From: Moniliella sp. 'wahieum'
Lineage: Eukaryota
Direction: 5' to 3'
Length of the DNA stretch: 64,000 bases
Assembly (NCBI GenBank): GCA_003971905.1
Contig: RSEE01000116.1
Span: 1 to 64,000 of the forward strand
Shown piece by piece: positions 24,201 to 35,963 of the stretch. Position 1 is the first letter of the stretch. The number at the start of each line of letters is the position of its first letter. Below the pieces are notes generated by a model that saw only the letters and a program-made list of their open reading frames with translations, was not told the DNA's origin and ran no database searches. The position numbers and the translations under genes were made by a program.

Positions 24201-25659
24201 CAAGAAGAGGAATAAAGCGCGGTAAAAAGAATTGTAAGAGGATATGGCTAGCTGTGGTGGCCGGACTGGAGACTCTCCCTGCCTACAGGAGTACTACTCA
24301 CACGGAGGATTGGAATCTAGTAGTTGTAGCCTTAAATCAAGTAACGGCCGTCCGTGAGCTGGGATACGTACGTCAGAAGCGAGTCAAGCTAGCGTGAAGC
24401 CACAGTGTCAAGATGGCTTTTGGCAATGAGCAGTCCCGGCTCTCGTGGGTAACAGGGGCAAAGGGCGACGAAGTGAGGTCTTTTCCGAGGCGAGGCAATT
24501 ATAGACTTGCAGCGCGAGTCCCTCCGTCGCAGGAATCAAGTTAATAATCAAGGCCAATGGACCACGGAAAGAAGAACGGGCCAATTAGGGATTGCGTGCC
24601 TCAGAAATCCAGCAAAGGGAAGAGTGAGTAAACAAAACAACACCAATATAAAGTACAGGTTCTCCGCCCTTGGCAGCTAAGAAAGAGGGTTCAGGATAAG
24701 AAAGTCTTCCCCGCGCTAACATGTGGGCAGCACAGTTCGCAGGAAAAAGCAACGTCCCCTTCCCGAATCTCTACTCCTCAAAGCTCACTTGTGTATACGA
24801 CACCTCAACAGTCCAAAAATCCAAGAGACAGGATAAAATCAGGGATGAAACGGTTAGGAAAGCCGCCCAGTCTTGACGTAGATGCAACCCACAGGCAAGG
24901 GAAGCTCGGTCAGGCACGCCCGCCCGTCGTTGCCTCCTATGGAAGGTTGAACCAGCCAACGAGATGGGCTCGATGTCGAGAGTCATCTTCGCTCCGTGAA
25001 CGATCTGTGGCGATCTTAACCCACCTTGTTGTGCTACACGACAAGATAGGACCAGCTTTAGTAGAATTGTGGAACCTCTGGAGGCTCTAGGCTTCTGGGC
25101 TGCCACACCTTTGCATTCATAATAACGAAACTGCCAGAGCTGACCATCAACTGGACGAGAGGGTATAAGGCTTTCGCGGCTCTCCGATGGCTTTGACAGG
25201 GGAATCTACTGCGTATCTAACTGAGTCGGGTGGAGGTGGTAAGGTCAAACATTCACTGCATAGTGCCCATTCACACTGGAAGGGAGAAGAAGAAAAATAA
25301 GGACATTCACGGCTGCGGGGTTGGTATGGGATAAAACTAAGTTCCCAGAAGAAATGGTTTAAAAGCACGGCCATAACCTGTAGTTCGTTTGGCCAGTATC
25401 CAAATCTCGCTGTAATAAAAGTACTTGGCTTAACCTCGTGTTTGCGCCAAGGGTATATATCCAAGCAATTCGCACTTGTTTAATCCCAAGTCAACATCCC
25501 TCTCATTACACAGGAAAAAGCCGTGCCAGAAAGTTCCCGGAACAACTGGCTTAAAAGCACGGCCATAACCTGTAGTTCCTCGTTTGGCCAGTATCCATAA
25601 AATGCCCATTGGACGCGTGTCACCAGTGTATAGCACTCAATTCATCCACAACAACAAGA

Positions 25660-26440
25660 CCAACACTCTTGCATCCATTAACATATCCGCAGGACCAGAC
25701 ACGACCTTGGTGAGGAAGTCGGCCACCATGGACACGGTGGGGCAATACTCGGACTGATTCCATCCTTCATCCATTCGCGCATTGCCTTGAGCTCAGCGTC
25801 GTAGTGCATTCTGCGACCTAGCTTCTCGAGTGCCGCTAGGAAAGCAAGAGCAGGCTGATGGTCCACTTTGATGATCATGCTGCACTGTTGACTCGACCCA
25901 AAGTCCTTTGTTTGAGCTGATTGCTCTACCTCACGAGACCCTTCTAGAACAGAATTACTAAGGACATGATCAACTCGGTCTGCTTGGGACTTGCCCGTGA
26001 TACAGCAGCGTCAACCATCTTGAACACATAGCCTCCGACACACGTTCAATTCGAATCTTAACCGACGTCGGCATCCGTCCTTCCTTGGATGAGCTCGGAG
26101 GGCTAGAGCACCAGCTTTTGAGTTGGTGATCGGCCAGGTACCACAGAATCCCATTCCCGAAGACTTCCCATGACTGCTTGGTCGGTTTGGCATTGAACTG
26201 CCCTCAGCAAATCCAACAGCAACATACGCAATGTCAAAACGGGTACCTTTTGGGCCTGGATCCATCCCACCAGTGGTTGGAATTCCACCATAGAGCGTTT
26301 GGGATTAGGTTCTTCCTCCTCCTTTCGGCCCGGGGGCCCGTACATGGAACTGACCACCGATTTGGTTACAGGCAGCAAACGCTGCACCGCGGGCATGCCC
26401 TCCTCTGCAAGGAGCTAAGCCACCCTCGCAGATTGTGATA
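25660..26440 (-). mobile_element. Degenerate Ty1/copia retrotransposon, RT C-terminus plus RNase H
   Basis: Motifs in the correct order: EFQPLVGWI, GTRFDIAYV, IQGRTDADVG*, VGGYVFKMVDAAVSRASPKQ, IIKVDHQPALAF, RRMHYDAELKAMREWMKDG, EYCPTVSMVADFLTK (25706-25750). Interrupted by stops and frameshifts. Confidence 0.85.
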
Positions 26441-26949
26441 ACTCCATCAAGTATCAGTTTTCGCAACCAGGCTGCAGTAGTGAGCGCTGGGCTGAAACGA
26501 TCTCGGCTCGGATGCTGGGAGAGGAGGTTGTGAGGGTGGGGAAGGAACACATATTTGCCGAAACCGCAAGCAGAGCCATCCGTTCTCCACAGGCTAGGTC
26601 CTTGACAAGGACTTAATACCTTGTGCCTCAGTGCGACATATGGCACGGAGATGCAGCCCATCAACAAAGACGGGTTTACTTGGTGGACACCGACGGTGCA
26701 GCCAATGGTTCAGTGGCGTGAGCCTGTGGCGTGAGCCTGTGGCGTCTCGCGCAGAGCGAATTCATCATCTGTGAGAATATTCATCAGTCGATCATCCTAC
26801 TTCTTTTCCCGGCACGCTGCACCTCACCAATGCACGTGCCCAATAGACAGCAGTGGCTTCACACAGCGACGGGATACATGGTATACACATCTCAACGTAG
26901 CGTCAGCAATCTTACCAGGCGACGTGGATATAGTCGAAGGGCGCGTACG

Positions 26950-27060
26950 GAGAGAGTAGGCACACTGGAAGAGACGCGCGATCGCGTGACTGGTGCGATA
27001 GAGTGCGACAGTATATAGAGGGAGCGATATTATGCGGGCAGTACAACGGGAGATGAACTT
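26950..27060 (+). mobile_element. Degenerate Ty3/gypsy integrase zinc-finger fragment
   Basis: ESRHTGRDARSRDWCDRVRQYIEGAILCGQ resembles the fungal gypsy ES.H.GR.AT....W....DVR.Y...C..CQ motif, with deletions. Confidence 0.45.
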
Positions 27061-27411
27061 GGGAAGACGTGTTCGACAAGCCGCAGGGATATATAATACA
27101 GCCACACGCGTCTTTCAAGCACGCCAAGAGAAAGGAGACAAGGTCAAAAGAGAAAGGAGTAAGGTACTGGTCATGCGGGCTAGCTGGGGTATGTTTTGCG
27201 CCCACTAGACCGAGCATGCTTCCGTCGATCTAGGCGACCAAGATCGAGTTCCTGCCGTACGGATGAGGAGATCTCCGCGTGCGTGAGCTTTGAGTCCCGA
27301 CGGCTGATTCGATTCTACTTCAGACCTTTGGTTTGTAGTCTTGAGCGCAAGTGAGAGCTCCAAGTTGCAGATCTGGATATCCGTTTCCTGATCCGGGCCT
27401 CTCGTTCTCGT

Positions 27412-27904
27412 TGTGAAACATTTTCCCCTCCTACCTTGTATGTCTTGCTGAGAGGGCGGAGAACCCGCCTATTCCCTTTCCCTTTCTTTCGTGTTTGGTT
27501 GCTCCTGTTCCTAGTAGAGAATCTTTGCCTATACAGTTTGATCTGTGTTCCTTTTTAAATTGTTGAAAGCCATAATGATCTGCATGATCTGTCTGTGTAT
27601 TCCCTTCCACTTTCCATGGTTGTACGTTGCTTTTTAAAGTTCCTGTCTGTATATCCTTTCTTCTCTGATCTTAATTCCCCTGGCTGGTCATTTGGTGACA
27701 GCATCATGTCCTTACGAATCCATCCTTGACCTACTAGACAACACCCGCGTTACTCTCTTCCCTAGCTTGCCAGTAGTCCCACCGACCTCTGTTTCAGCGA
27801 CTTGTGGACTTCCCGAGTCCTTCCGCCCAGGCACCCTTGCCGTCGATCCCCCCCCAGCTTGCAGCCGTGTCCTCTATACAGATCCGCTGCGATCCTACAA
27901 CTGA
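27412..27904 (+). mobile_element. Putative LTR with primer-binding site and start of gag
   Basis: Pyrimidine-rich tract from TGTG (27412) to TCA (27690), 2-nt spacer, TGGTGACAGC (27693-27702, complementary to a tRNA 3' end GCUGUCA-CCA), then ATG at 27706 leading, after a 1-nt slip, into YESILDLLDNTR. Left edge uncertain. Confidence 0.45.
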
Positions 27905-30841
27905 GTTGAGCTGTTCTGTGACAGGACCTGTCTGACCCTATCGTTGTCTGTGTCAGGTTCCGGCTAACAATTCAAGCTTGGGCGTCTCCAGGGAGGCTAC
28001 CCTATGTCACCGAATGACTAAGCTCGCTCCAATTTCCAATTCCGCATCCTGTGTCTCTCGCTCTTCCCTTCCCTTTTGCTTCCGTTCTCTGCCTGATGCC
28101 TTCTGTTTCCTCCCACGAACGATCTTGCCTTTCCCCCCGCCTCTGACAGGACCTTGGTCTCCCTCGTTTAGCCCCGACTGTTACACCCTAATCCTGCTCG
28201 TTTCTGATGTGCGTATGCAACCGTGCCACACGAGCCGACGCCACAATTGAGAAAGGCCTCACCCGTCCCTTCGTCGCTAGCTCCGTTTGGATGCACCAAT
28301 AACGGTCTAGTTGGACAAACCGTGAATGAACCTCTCCTCATTCAAGGGAACGCATTACGCAACGTGAAAGCATGATTTCTGCTCCAGTTCGGGGCCCGGC
28401 CATGACAGAGTGGGAACCAACACGGCTGTGCCCAACCTGTACGTGGGGAACCAACCAATTTGCCCAGTGTCACGGGCGGGAGCCGCGTTTGGGAGCTCAC
28501 CCAGAGAGTTGTGGGGTGTAAACCCTTAGAAGCCGGAAGGACGACTGACGGTCGTTTCGCGCTTGGGCTAGGTGGTGGGTCCAATCGGAGCTAGGGACGA
28601 GGCGAGTGCCTTTTGGGCGTCAAACCGAGGCGGCTGCACGTGTGTTGTTGGCAAGGCTGCGTACGCACCGGCTTGTGCCGTACTAACGTGTCTGAAGCCT
28701 CCGAGGCTTAGGGACGGGTAGAGGCGTGGAGAACAAACACAGCCAGAGCTGGGACGGAACAGGGGGGCTAACGACGTGGCTGGAAAGGAACCCAGACGTA
28801 ATAAGCTGGTATGGCGATCGACGCGGCTAAAGGAAGGCTCGCGCGACCCAGGCGGGTGGAAAACTAGAGGACTAGGGTGGGAGACGAGGAGGCAGGTACG
28901 TGCAGACGAGGTTGTCTGGACCGAATGAATTAGCCGGAAACGGGCTATGGGAGGTGGACAGGAACGGCGGGAAGGGACAAGGAAGGAAGGTGGGGAAAAG
29001 GATGCCCACCAACCAGAGGTACAACGGGGGTGGAGAAAGGAACTGACATGTCAACACAGGGGTTGGTTGCCGCAGGCGCAACAGTGAAGTAGGATAAAGT
29101 ATGTGGTGACGCGGTGGCGGGTGGGGCAGTTGTCGGACAGATGCCGGAGACTTGGTGGCCTTATTTAGGCCAAACGACTTGTTGACTTGAGCGGGGGGGC
29201 GACTTATATGGTCGCGTGGTGCTTGTGGCCACTCCGGCCACCGTAGATGGTTTAACGGTAACGTTTAACGTTTACCCAACAACCCTCATCAAACTTGGTG
29301 GAGTTGGGGACGCGCTCGACTGGGCATGGAGAACAGGTGGGCCTTGGCATGCTGGATCAGACCATCTCAGACCAACGCAGCTCGTAACGCGCGTCAGATG
29401 TACACCCAGCTAATCAACAAAGCGAGCATCCCCGCGTTTCGGGCCAATGGCGCGACGGCGGGGGGGCCTGGAGGCAGTCCCGCTTCCAGGCACACCACAC
29501 GATGCCACCCTCTCTGATAGCCATCTCGTCACTCCAGGTACGCACAGTCGGAGTACTCTGATTGAGTAACTCGTACTCATGGTACTCATGCATCCGAATG
29601 GATGGATGATCATCGATCGTCTGACATGTGATGCGTGTGATGGGCAGGTTGCTGCTGTGCCAGTCTGGGGCGGGAGGGGTGTGAGATCTGAGATGGGACA
29701 GGGAACCTTCCATCTCCGGCACGGGAACTGTGACAGTGGTGTGCCAGTGATTAATATTCGATTAATGATCTGCTCTAGGTGTACGTAGCCGTATGCCTAA
29801 GGCGGCCAAAGGCCTAAAGCTTAACTACACTAACAGGGTAGGCGATTGCGGCGATCGGTACGCTCAGGCCAGTGTGTTGAGCGTTGAGCGTACGTTGAGC
29901 CGTTCAGCCGCTCAGGGGCGAGCAGCACAGATCCCTCGGACGTGGCTGGGCGTTGAACTTGAACGTTGCTCGGACGGGATGCGCAGGGCCGAGGAATGCG
30001 GATTCGGGGCGGAGACATGGAGAAGAGACATCGAGTCGATCTGCTGTGCTGAAGAGTGTGGGCGGTGGAGGCTGTGGGCGAGAAACACAGCGCAGAAGAC
30101 AGGGAGGAAGCCAGCGGCGGGAGGGAAGAGGGTGGGGGGGTACTAAAAGTAAACTGAGTAAATGACTTACGGAGTGCCGCCCAACTGTGGACAATGGCAT
30201 GTTACATGGTACAGCGCTGTCGAGAGTGCTCCCACGCTGCTGCCACACTGCAACGCCGCACGCGCGCGGCGGCAGGGCAGCAGCCCAGTGTGGGGCGGCC
30301 GATAGCGCGCACACACAGGCGCTGTGCTGGTGTGTGCGGCGGGCGGGCGTGGATTGATGCATGATGCATGATGGTGATGTTGGTGATTTGGGCCACGCGC
30401 AGCTACGCGAGCCAGGCGTGTGGGGCACGGCGCGAGTGTATGCGCAGCAGGCCGGCTGGGATCTGCAATTTAGGCTGCGTCCACTCCGTGCAGTGCGTAC
30501 TCAGTACTCAGTACTCAGTACTCACACCAAAGGGACCGCCGTCGATAGCGACCGTGGGCAGACGCCGCCAGCCCCCGCGGCGACCCCACGCCGTCCTGGC
30601 CCCATTCATTCACATTCATATTCATATTCACCCGCACGTGCCCCCCCCAGCGCCTCGGCAGCGCATCCGCAGCAGAGCCACCCCCCCACATCCATCCGTG
30701 GAGCAGCGCCACAGCACCGCACCCAGCCTCGCACTCTCGTCGACACACATCCCCTTGTACTCTCCGTCTCCGTCTCCTCTCTTTCTCTTCTCCATCTCCT
30801 TCTCCTTCTCTTGCCCCTCCCCCCCACATTCTCTTGGCAGC

Positions 30842-32213
30842 ATGCGCCCCCGCTGGTTCGCTTCCTCCCGCGCTCTCGCCGCGCCGGAGCTGCGGTCGGG
30901 CTGTGCTCCGCCGCCGCGCCGCCTACCAACTACGACTGGCCGCTGCCGCTGCCGCTCAACACGGCGCCCGGCACCCACCAGCTGCCCTTCCCGCTGCACT
31001 GGTACAGTCTCGCTGCCGGTCTTGCCCAGGCGCATACTGCACCCCGCCTTCGATCGCCGTCGGCGCACAGGGGGCCAAGCCACTGTCCTGGGCCGCATTG
31101 GCGACGGCACAACGTCCCGCACACGCTCGTTTACCACAGCGACACACTTGGTGTCGGTACGTCCCTCTCGCCCTTTCTCCCTTCTCATTCCGTTGCATGC
31201 CCTCCATCTCCACCTCGCTCGGCAGACACTGACCTCCTCTTCCGCCCCGCGGGCTGTGGCTCGACCCAGTGCTGGCGTACCAAGGCACCAACTTATCCAG
31301 CTGGCAGTCGCTCTTGTACGACGCCAACTTGTCTGGGCCGAGCCCGTTGCCGAGCTAGCGTTGCCAACGGACGCTCTTCGTGACACGGGGTTCCAAGCGT
31401 TTTGGCAAAGCAACTGGGACGAGGTCAAGAGCATGCTGGCCGATGCCCGTCGCCACTACCCACACGCCAACCTGACCATACAGGCCACTCGCTCGGTGCC
31501 GCCGCCTCGGTCTTTGCCGCCTCGCTCTGGGCAACGAGACGGTCGACACGGTGATTACTTGTAGTCCCCCCCCTTCTCCGAAACATTTTCTCCCACAATG
31601 GCCTACTTCAGCACAGCAGAGCGTAAATACTAGCGAGCTCTCCTAACCATTCTGCCCCTCTTCCCTCTTCTCTCTGCTCCCTGCTCTTCTCGGTGTATTA
31701 TCTTCATGGTACCCTTTTCCTCTGTGGCATTTCCTGTTCGACGCAGTTGGTCAGCCGCGAATGGGCACAGCAGCATTTGCCAATACGGTGGACGAACGGT
31801 TTGGTCCTGCTCGGCTGAACTATGTGACGAACGGGACGACATTGTACCCCACTTGATCCCCAAGTTCATTGGACCTCCCTACCCACAGCACTTTTCCGGC
31901 TCGATTTGGATCAACCCGACCAATGCCACGCTCGAGTCGAACGGGTGTGTCTGCCTACACTTATTTGCCCGGCCAAGAAATCTCAATGGCCCCGACTCGG
32001 TCTTGCCTACCGACTTGGCCGTCAGCGCCCACGAAGGGTTCTACAGTAAGTCCCCCCCCCCCTCCCCCTCTTGGACAACTGGGAAGAGGAATCTCGTGGT
32101 GCCCGCTCAGCAGAAAAACTAACCCACTGCAATCGCGTTTTCTTTGGTTGCTAGGGGCACCACATGCTGGCCGCGGCACGGGCAAACGTCCTGTGACAGT
32201 CGGCTCGCCGTAA
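30842..32213 (+). CDS. Secreted class 3 lipase (Malassezia SMG1-like), multi-exon, frameshifted
   Basis: YSLAAGLAQ, VYHSDTLG, VAYQGTNLSS, TGFQAFW, GHSLG nucleophile elbow (31483-31497), RDDIVPHL, YPQHFSGSIWINP, PGQE, AHEGFY (catalytic His). Confidence 0.85.
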
Positions 32214-32615
32214 CAGGTAACCAGGCTGTGAATGCCGAATGGCCGCATTCACCCACTAGTATCGTCCTATGGTTCCCTTATTGCTTTCGTCCTGTTAACA
32301 ATTCTAGGGAGACAGCTGGCCACCTCCCTCGCGCTCCCTTTTCGTTTACAACGTCTCATCATCACTCTGTTCGTGGTCCCTTTTTTTATATAAGCGGGGA
32401 GAGGGGGGTAGCGTCCCTGCCGCTTCCCCATCCTCCTCCATCTTGCCTGTTGCACTTCCTCCCCCCTTCACCTGCCCATGCCATTCTTTCGTGTATCGAA
32501 CCCGGTGCGGATTCGAGTGTGGGAGGATGGAATGGAACCAAGCCGATGAATTTCGGAGGTACAGAGAGCAGAGCAGCGGTGGGGGGTTATTGTTATTTTT
32601 TTAGGCCGACGGGCC

Positions 32616-33692
32616 TTAGGTTGAGGGCTGCGGCGGCTCGTACTTTTCGAGGGAGAGGAGTTGTCGGGATTTGTCAGCGATGAGCTGTTGTTTGGTGTTG
32701 GCCTTTGCGAGGGGCAAGTCAGATTCTTTCCATTTCTTGACATAGTCGAGGACCTTGGCGCGAGTTTCTTCCAGTTCGACGCTGCGTCCAAAGGCGTCGA
32801 CAAAGCGGCCGTCGGGGTCCATGAGGTAAAAGTAAATGGAGTGGTCGACGAGGTAATCCTTCGACGGGTCTGCACCGGGGGCGTGGAGAAGTAGACGCGG
32901 AAGTACTTGCACACTTTTTGATATCGTCATAGTGGCCTGTCAAGCCCAGCAGTTTCGGATGGAACTCCGAGACGTACTGGGCTGTGGTGGGGATCGTATC
33001 CCGTGCCGGGTCGCACGAGATGAACACTGGCTCAATTACCTCGCCATACGCCTCTTCCACCGCGTCCACCACGGCGCCCATCTTGTCCAGCTCCTCGGGA
33101 CACACGTCAGGGCAATTGGTAAAGCCAAAGTAGACCAGCATGAACTTGCCCTGCAAATCCTCGTTGTGGATCCGACGTGCGATCGGGGCGTGCGTGACAG
33201 GGTCCTGCGTCGCAAGCACCAGGTGGAACGGCCCGCCGACCTTGGGCCGACCAACAATCTTTTGACTTTGTTCTTCCATCTTGGCTGCTTCCACCCGGTC
33301 CTTTTCCCGCTTAAAGTACCACAGCAGCCCGCCGCCCGTCGCGATAAACAGCGCGGCGGCCGGGAGGGAGAAGGGCTAGCCGACCACCAAACAAACAAAA
33401 CAAAACAAACAAACCAAGCCAGGCAAAACATCCAACAGCGTCCGCAGGTCAGCACATGTGCCACGCAGCCCACCCTCGGCGGGGCAGGAGAAGAGCAGAG
33501 CAGAGGGACAACGTACGCCAGCCGCCGGCGGTTGTACTTGGCGGAGCTGTGGCCGATGTGGCGGTGCGTGGGGGGGCAGACACGGGCGGGGCGGGAGACG
33601 GGCGGCGCGGAGGAGCGCAGTGCCAGCCACGGGTCTCGCCATGGCCTAGCCACGCCCGACACGCGCATGGGCGCCGACACGAGCAGGGACAT
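32616..33692 (-). CDS. SCO1: Mitochondrial copper chaperone SCO1/SCO2
   Basis: GRPKVGGPFHL, LVYFGFTNCPDVCPEELDKM (CxxxC), FISCDPARD, DYLVDHSIYFYLMDPDG. One intron near 33379-33514. Confidence 0.95.
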
Positions 33693-33928
33693 GGGGGGTA
33701 TGGGGCGGTGGGGGTCTGTCGTGGTAGCCTGCTGGCTGCTGGCCGGCGTTGCCGCGAGCGCGCTTGCAGGCGGAATGGGCGCATCCTGTTCCGCGCGGCA
33801 GGTGGGCTGACATGTGGCATGTAATCCCAGTGCGGAACTGGGGCGGGGCGGAATGCACGGCACGAAATGCCCGACTGGGCGGGCAGGTAGTATTAGTTTT
33901 AGTTTCACCGCACCCCCCCCACCATACC

Positions 33929-35375
33929 ATGGCCGCGTCGTCCGCCGCGCAGCCGCGTCCTCTGGACGCCGCCGAGCAAGGTACGTCCCGTGCTCCGATG
34001 CTGGTCTCTGCTCCCCCGGGCGGCGTAGCTGACACGCACGGCGCAGATGTGGCCTGGGCCTGTCGCTGGACATTGACGAGCGCACACTCGAGCGGCTGGT
34101 GCAGCACGTGCCCGGTGTGCTGGGCCGCGAGCCCAGCACGCCACCACGCCTGGTCCCACCTCCAGGTCCGTCTCTCCGCCCTCACACCCTCTTCTCCCGC
34201 CTCGACACTGTGGCCCACACCACCTGTCCCGCCGAGGTGGCACGGTACGAGACCGAGTTGCACGAGCTGGGTATGTACATATGTCGTGGGTGGTTTCTGG
34301 GGTTCTTGGGGTTTTTGCCTGGCTGGTGTGCCCTGCCCACCTGTCTGTCTTTCCGTTTCCACGTTGGAGCCACCTGCTGACCCTTCCCTCCTCTTGCTTG
34401 TATTCCCCCCCCGTTTTCGTTTTCGTTTCCGTTTGCGTTTGCGTTTGTCTCAGCCGAGGAACAGACCCAGATCGAGGCGGAGATCGAGGTTTTGAAGCGC
34501 GACCTGGAAGAAGCGCAGAAAGCGTGCGCACAAGCTCGAGTACGATGCGCTAGCCAAGCACATTGTCAAGTACCCTCCGCGGGCTCAAACCGAAGCGTGC
34601 GTTCCCCTCCCCCTTTTTTTTCTTGCCCCTGCCTTCTGCGCCTCAATCGCGGAAGAAAGGAAGCGGAAGGAGAAGGAAGGAAGGAAGGAAGGAAGGACAA
34701 AAGAAGACTGACATTGGCAGACAGGGCGATTGAGCGACTGCACAGTACACTTGAAGGTTGAAGCAGGAGCGGCAAGGGTACCGTGCGATTGCGGAAGGGA
34801 TCAAAGAACAGTACGAAGATGCGACAGCCATCTTTGGCAAGATGCAAACGTACATTAGTGATGAGATGCCACGCGGGAGCAAGAGGCGGTGCAGACTGGG
34901 GCGGATGGCGAGGACCTGGACAACGAAAACGACAATGACAACGTCAACGTCAACGACAACGACAACGAACTGGAGGACGGACTGAGGGATGGCAGTGGCA
35001 CCCCTGCCCGGGGGGGCGACGACGAGGAGAAGGAAGAAGGCGAAGATGGGGGAGGTGGCGTACCAGTACCAAAGTCCGAGTGGACACGATAGCCTACGCG
35101 ACTCGGAGGAAGGGGAGCAGCAAGAAGGGCGCAGCAAAAACGATCGTGCTCCCTTGGCTTCTTCTCGCTCCGCCTCTGCATCTGCAGCCAGCCGTGCCGA
35201 CCCGACTCTCGGCGCGGGGCTCAATCCTTCTGCACCCGCGTTCAAGCCGTTAGTTTCATCGCGTCTTGCGCCCAGCGCACCTGCCTCTCGGTCTTTCAAA
35301 CGGTCTCGGCCCGAGGGGCGGGGGGACCCAGCGGGACCTACCTCGGGCCCTCCCATGTCCAAGCGGAGACGATAA
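33929..35375 (+). CDS. THO complex subunit 7 (Thoc7/Mft1-like), multi-exon, frameshifted
   Basis: Coiled-coil pieces DERTLERLV, AEVARYETEL, EIEVLKRDLEEAQK..HKLEYDALAKHIVKYPPR, IERL..KQE. Acidic low-complexity tail ending in SKRRR. Confidence 0.65.
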
Positions 35376-35897
35376 GAAATGGATGGAGCTGAAGATGGAG
35401 TTGGAGTTGGGTTTGGTTTCGCTCGCGGAAGGGTCCTGGTGTCCTCAGTTGGTTCGGTAGTGTACCAGGACGAGCAAAGCTAGGATGAAAGGATCCCAGG
35501 ATCCCAACGGAGATGGAGTCCATGGATAGACGCTGTGGGTCCACTGCGTTCCTGTAGCATTGCATCAAGGATACTCCATACGGATGCGTTAGTTTAGGTT
35601 GGGTGTGGGGCCATATACAGCGCCGCGCCTGCAGCAGGGAGGGAGGTCAGCACCACACGACGCTTACACCGGGCGAAACAGAAGCATGAAGCACGACCTA
35701 CCAGTCGACGTTTAAGGGGGCTCCGCCCCATCCCCCCCTCCTCCCATACCCCACTGAGCGTGTGCCTAAGAATGTGGTTCTGCCTAGGGCCTTAGTAGTA
35801 GTATAGGGGGTAGGTCCCGTGGGAGAAGGCGGGGCCCCAACGGATCCAACGTTCTGCCGACTACTAAGTACTACGCTGTCGAAGTGCGTTTCCGCCA

Positions 35898-35963
35898 TGC
35901 TCCTTGCTCCTTGCTCCTTGCTCCTTGCTCCTTGCTCCTTGCTCCTTGCTCCTTGCTCCTTGC
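35898..35963. repeat. (TGCTCCT)n heptamer satellite
   Basis: About 9 perfect tandem copies. Confidence 0.95.

Noticed and set aside
28900..29160. HLSDNCP on the minus strand as a gag zinc knuckle
   Set aside because: Only half of the CCHC motif is visible. Too weak to call, though compatible with retroelement debris.
15700..29700. Island as a mating-type locus or endogenous virus
   Set aside because: No homeodomain, STE3-like receptor, CAAX pheromone or RdRp/capsid motifs could be found. The recognisable fragments are LTR-retrotransposon.
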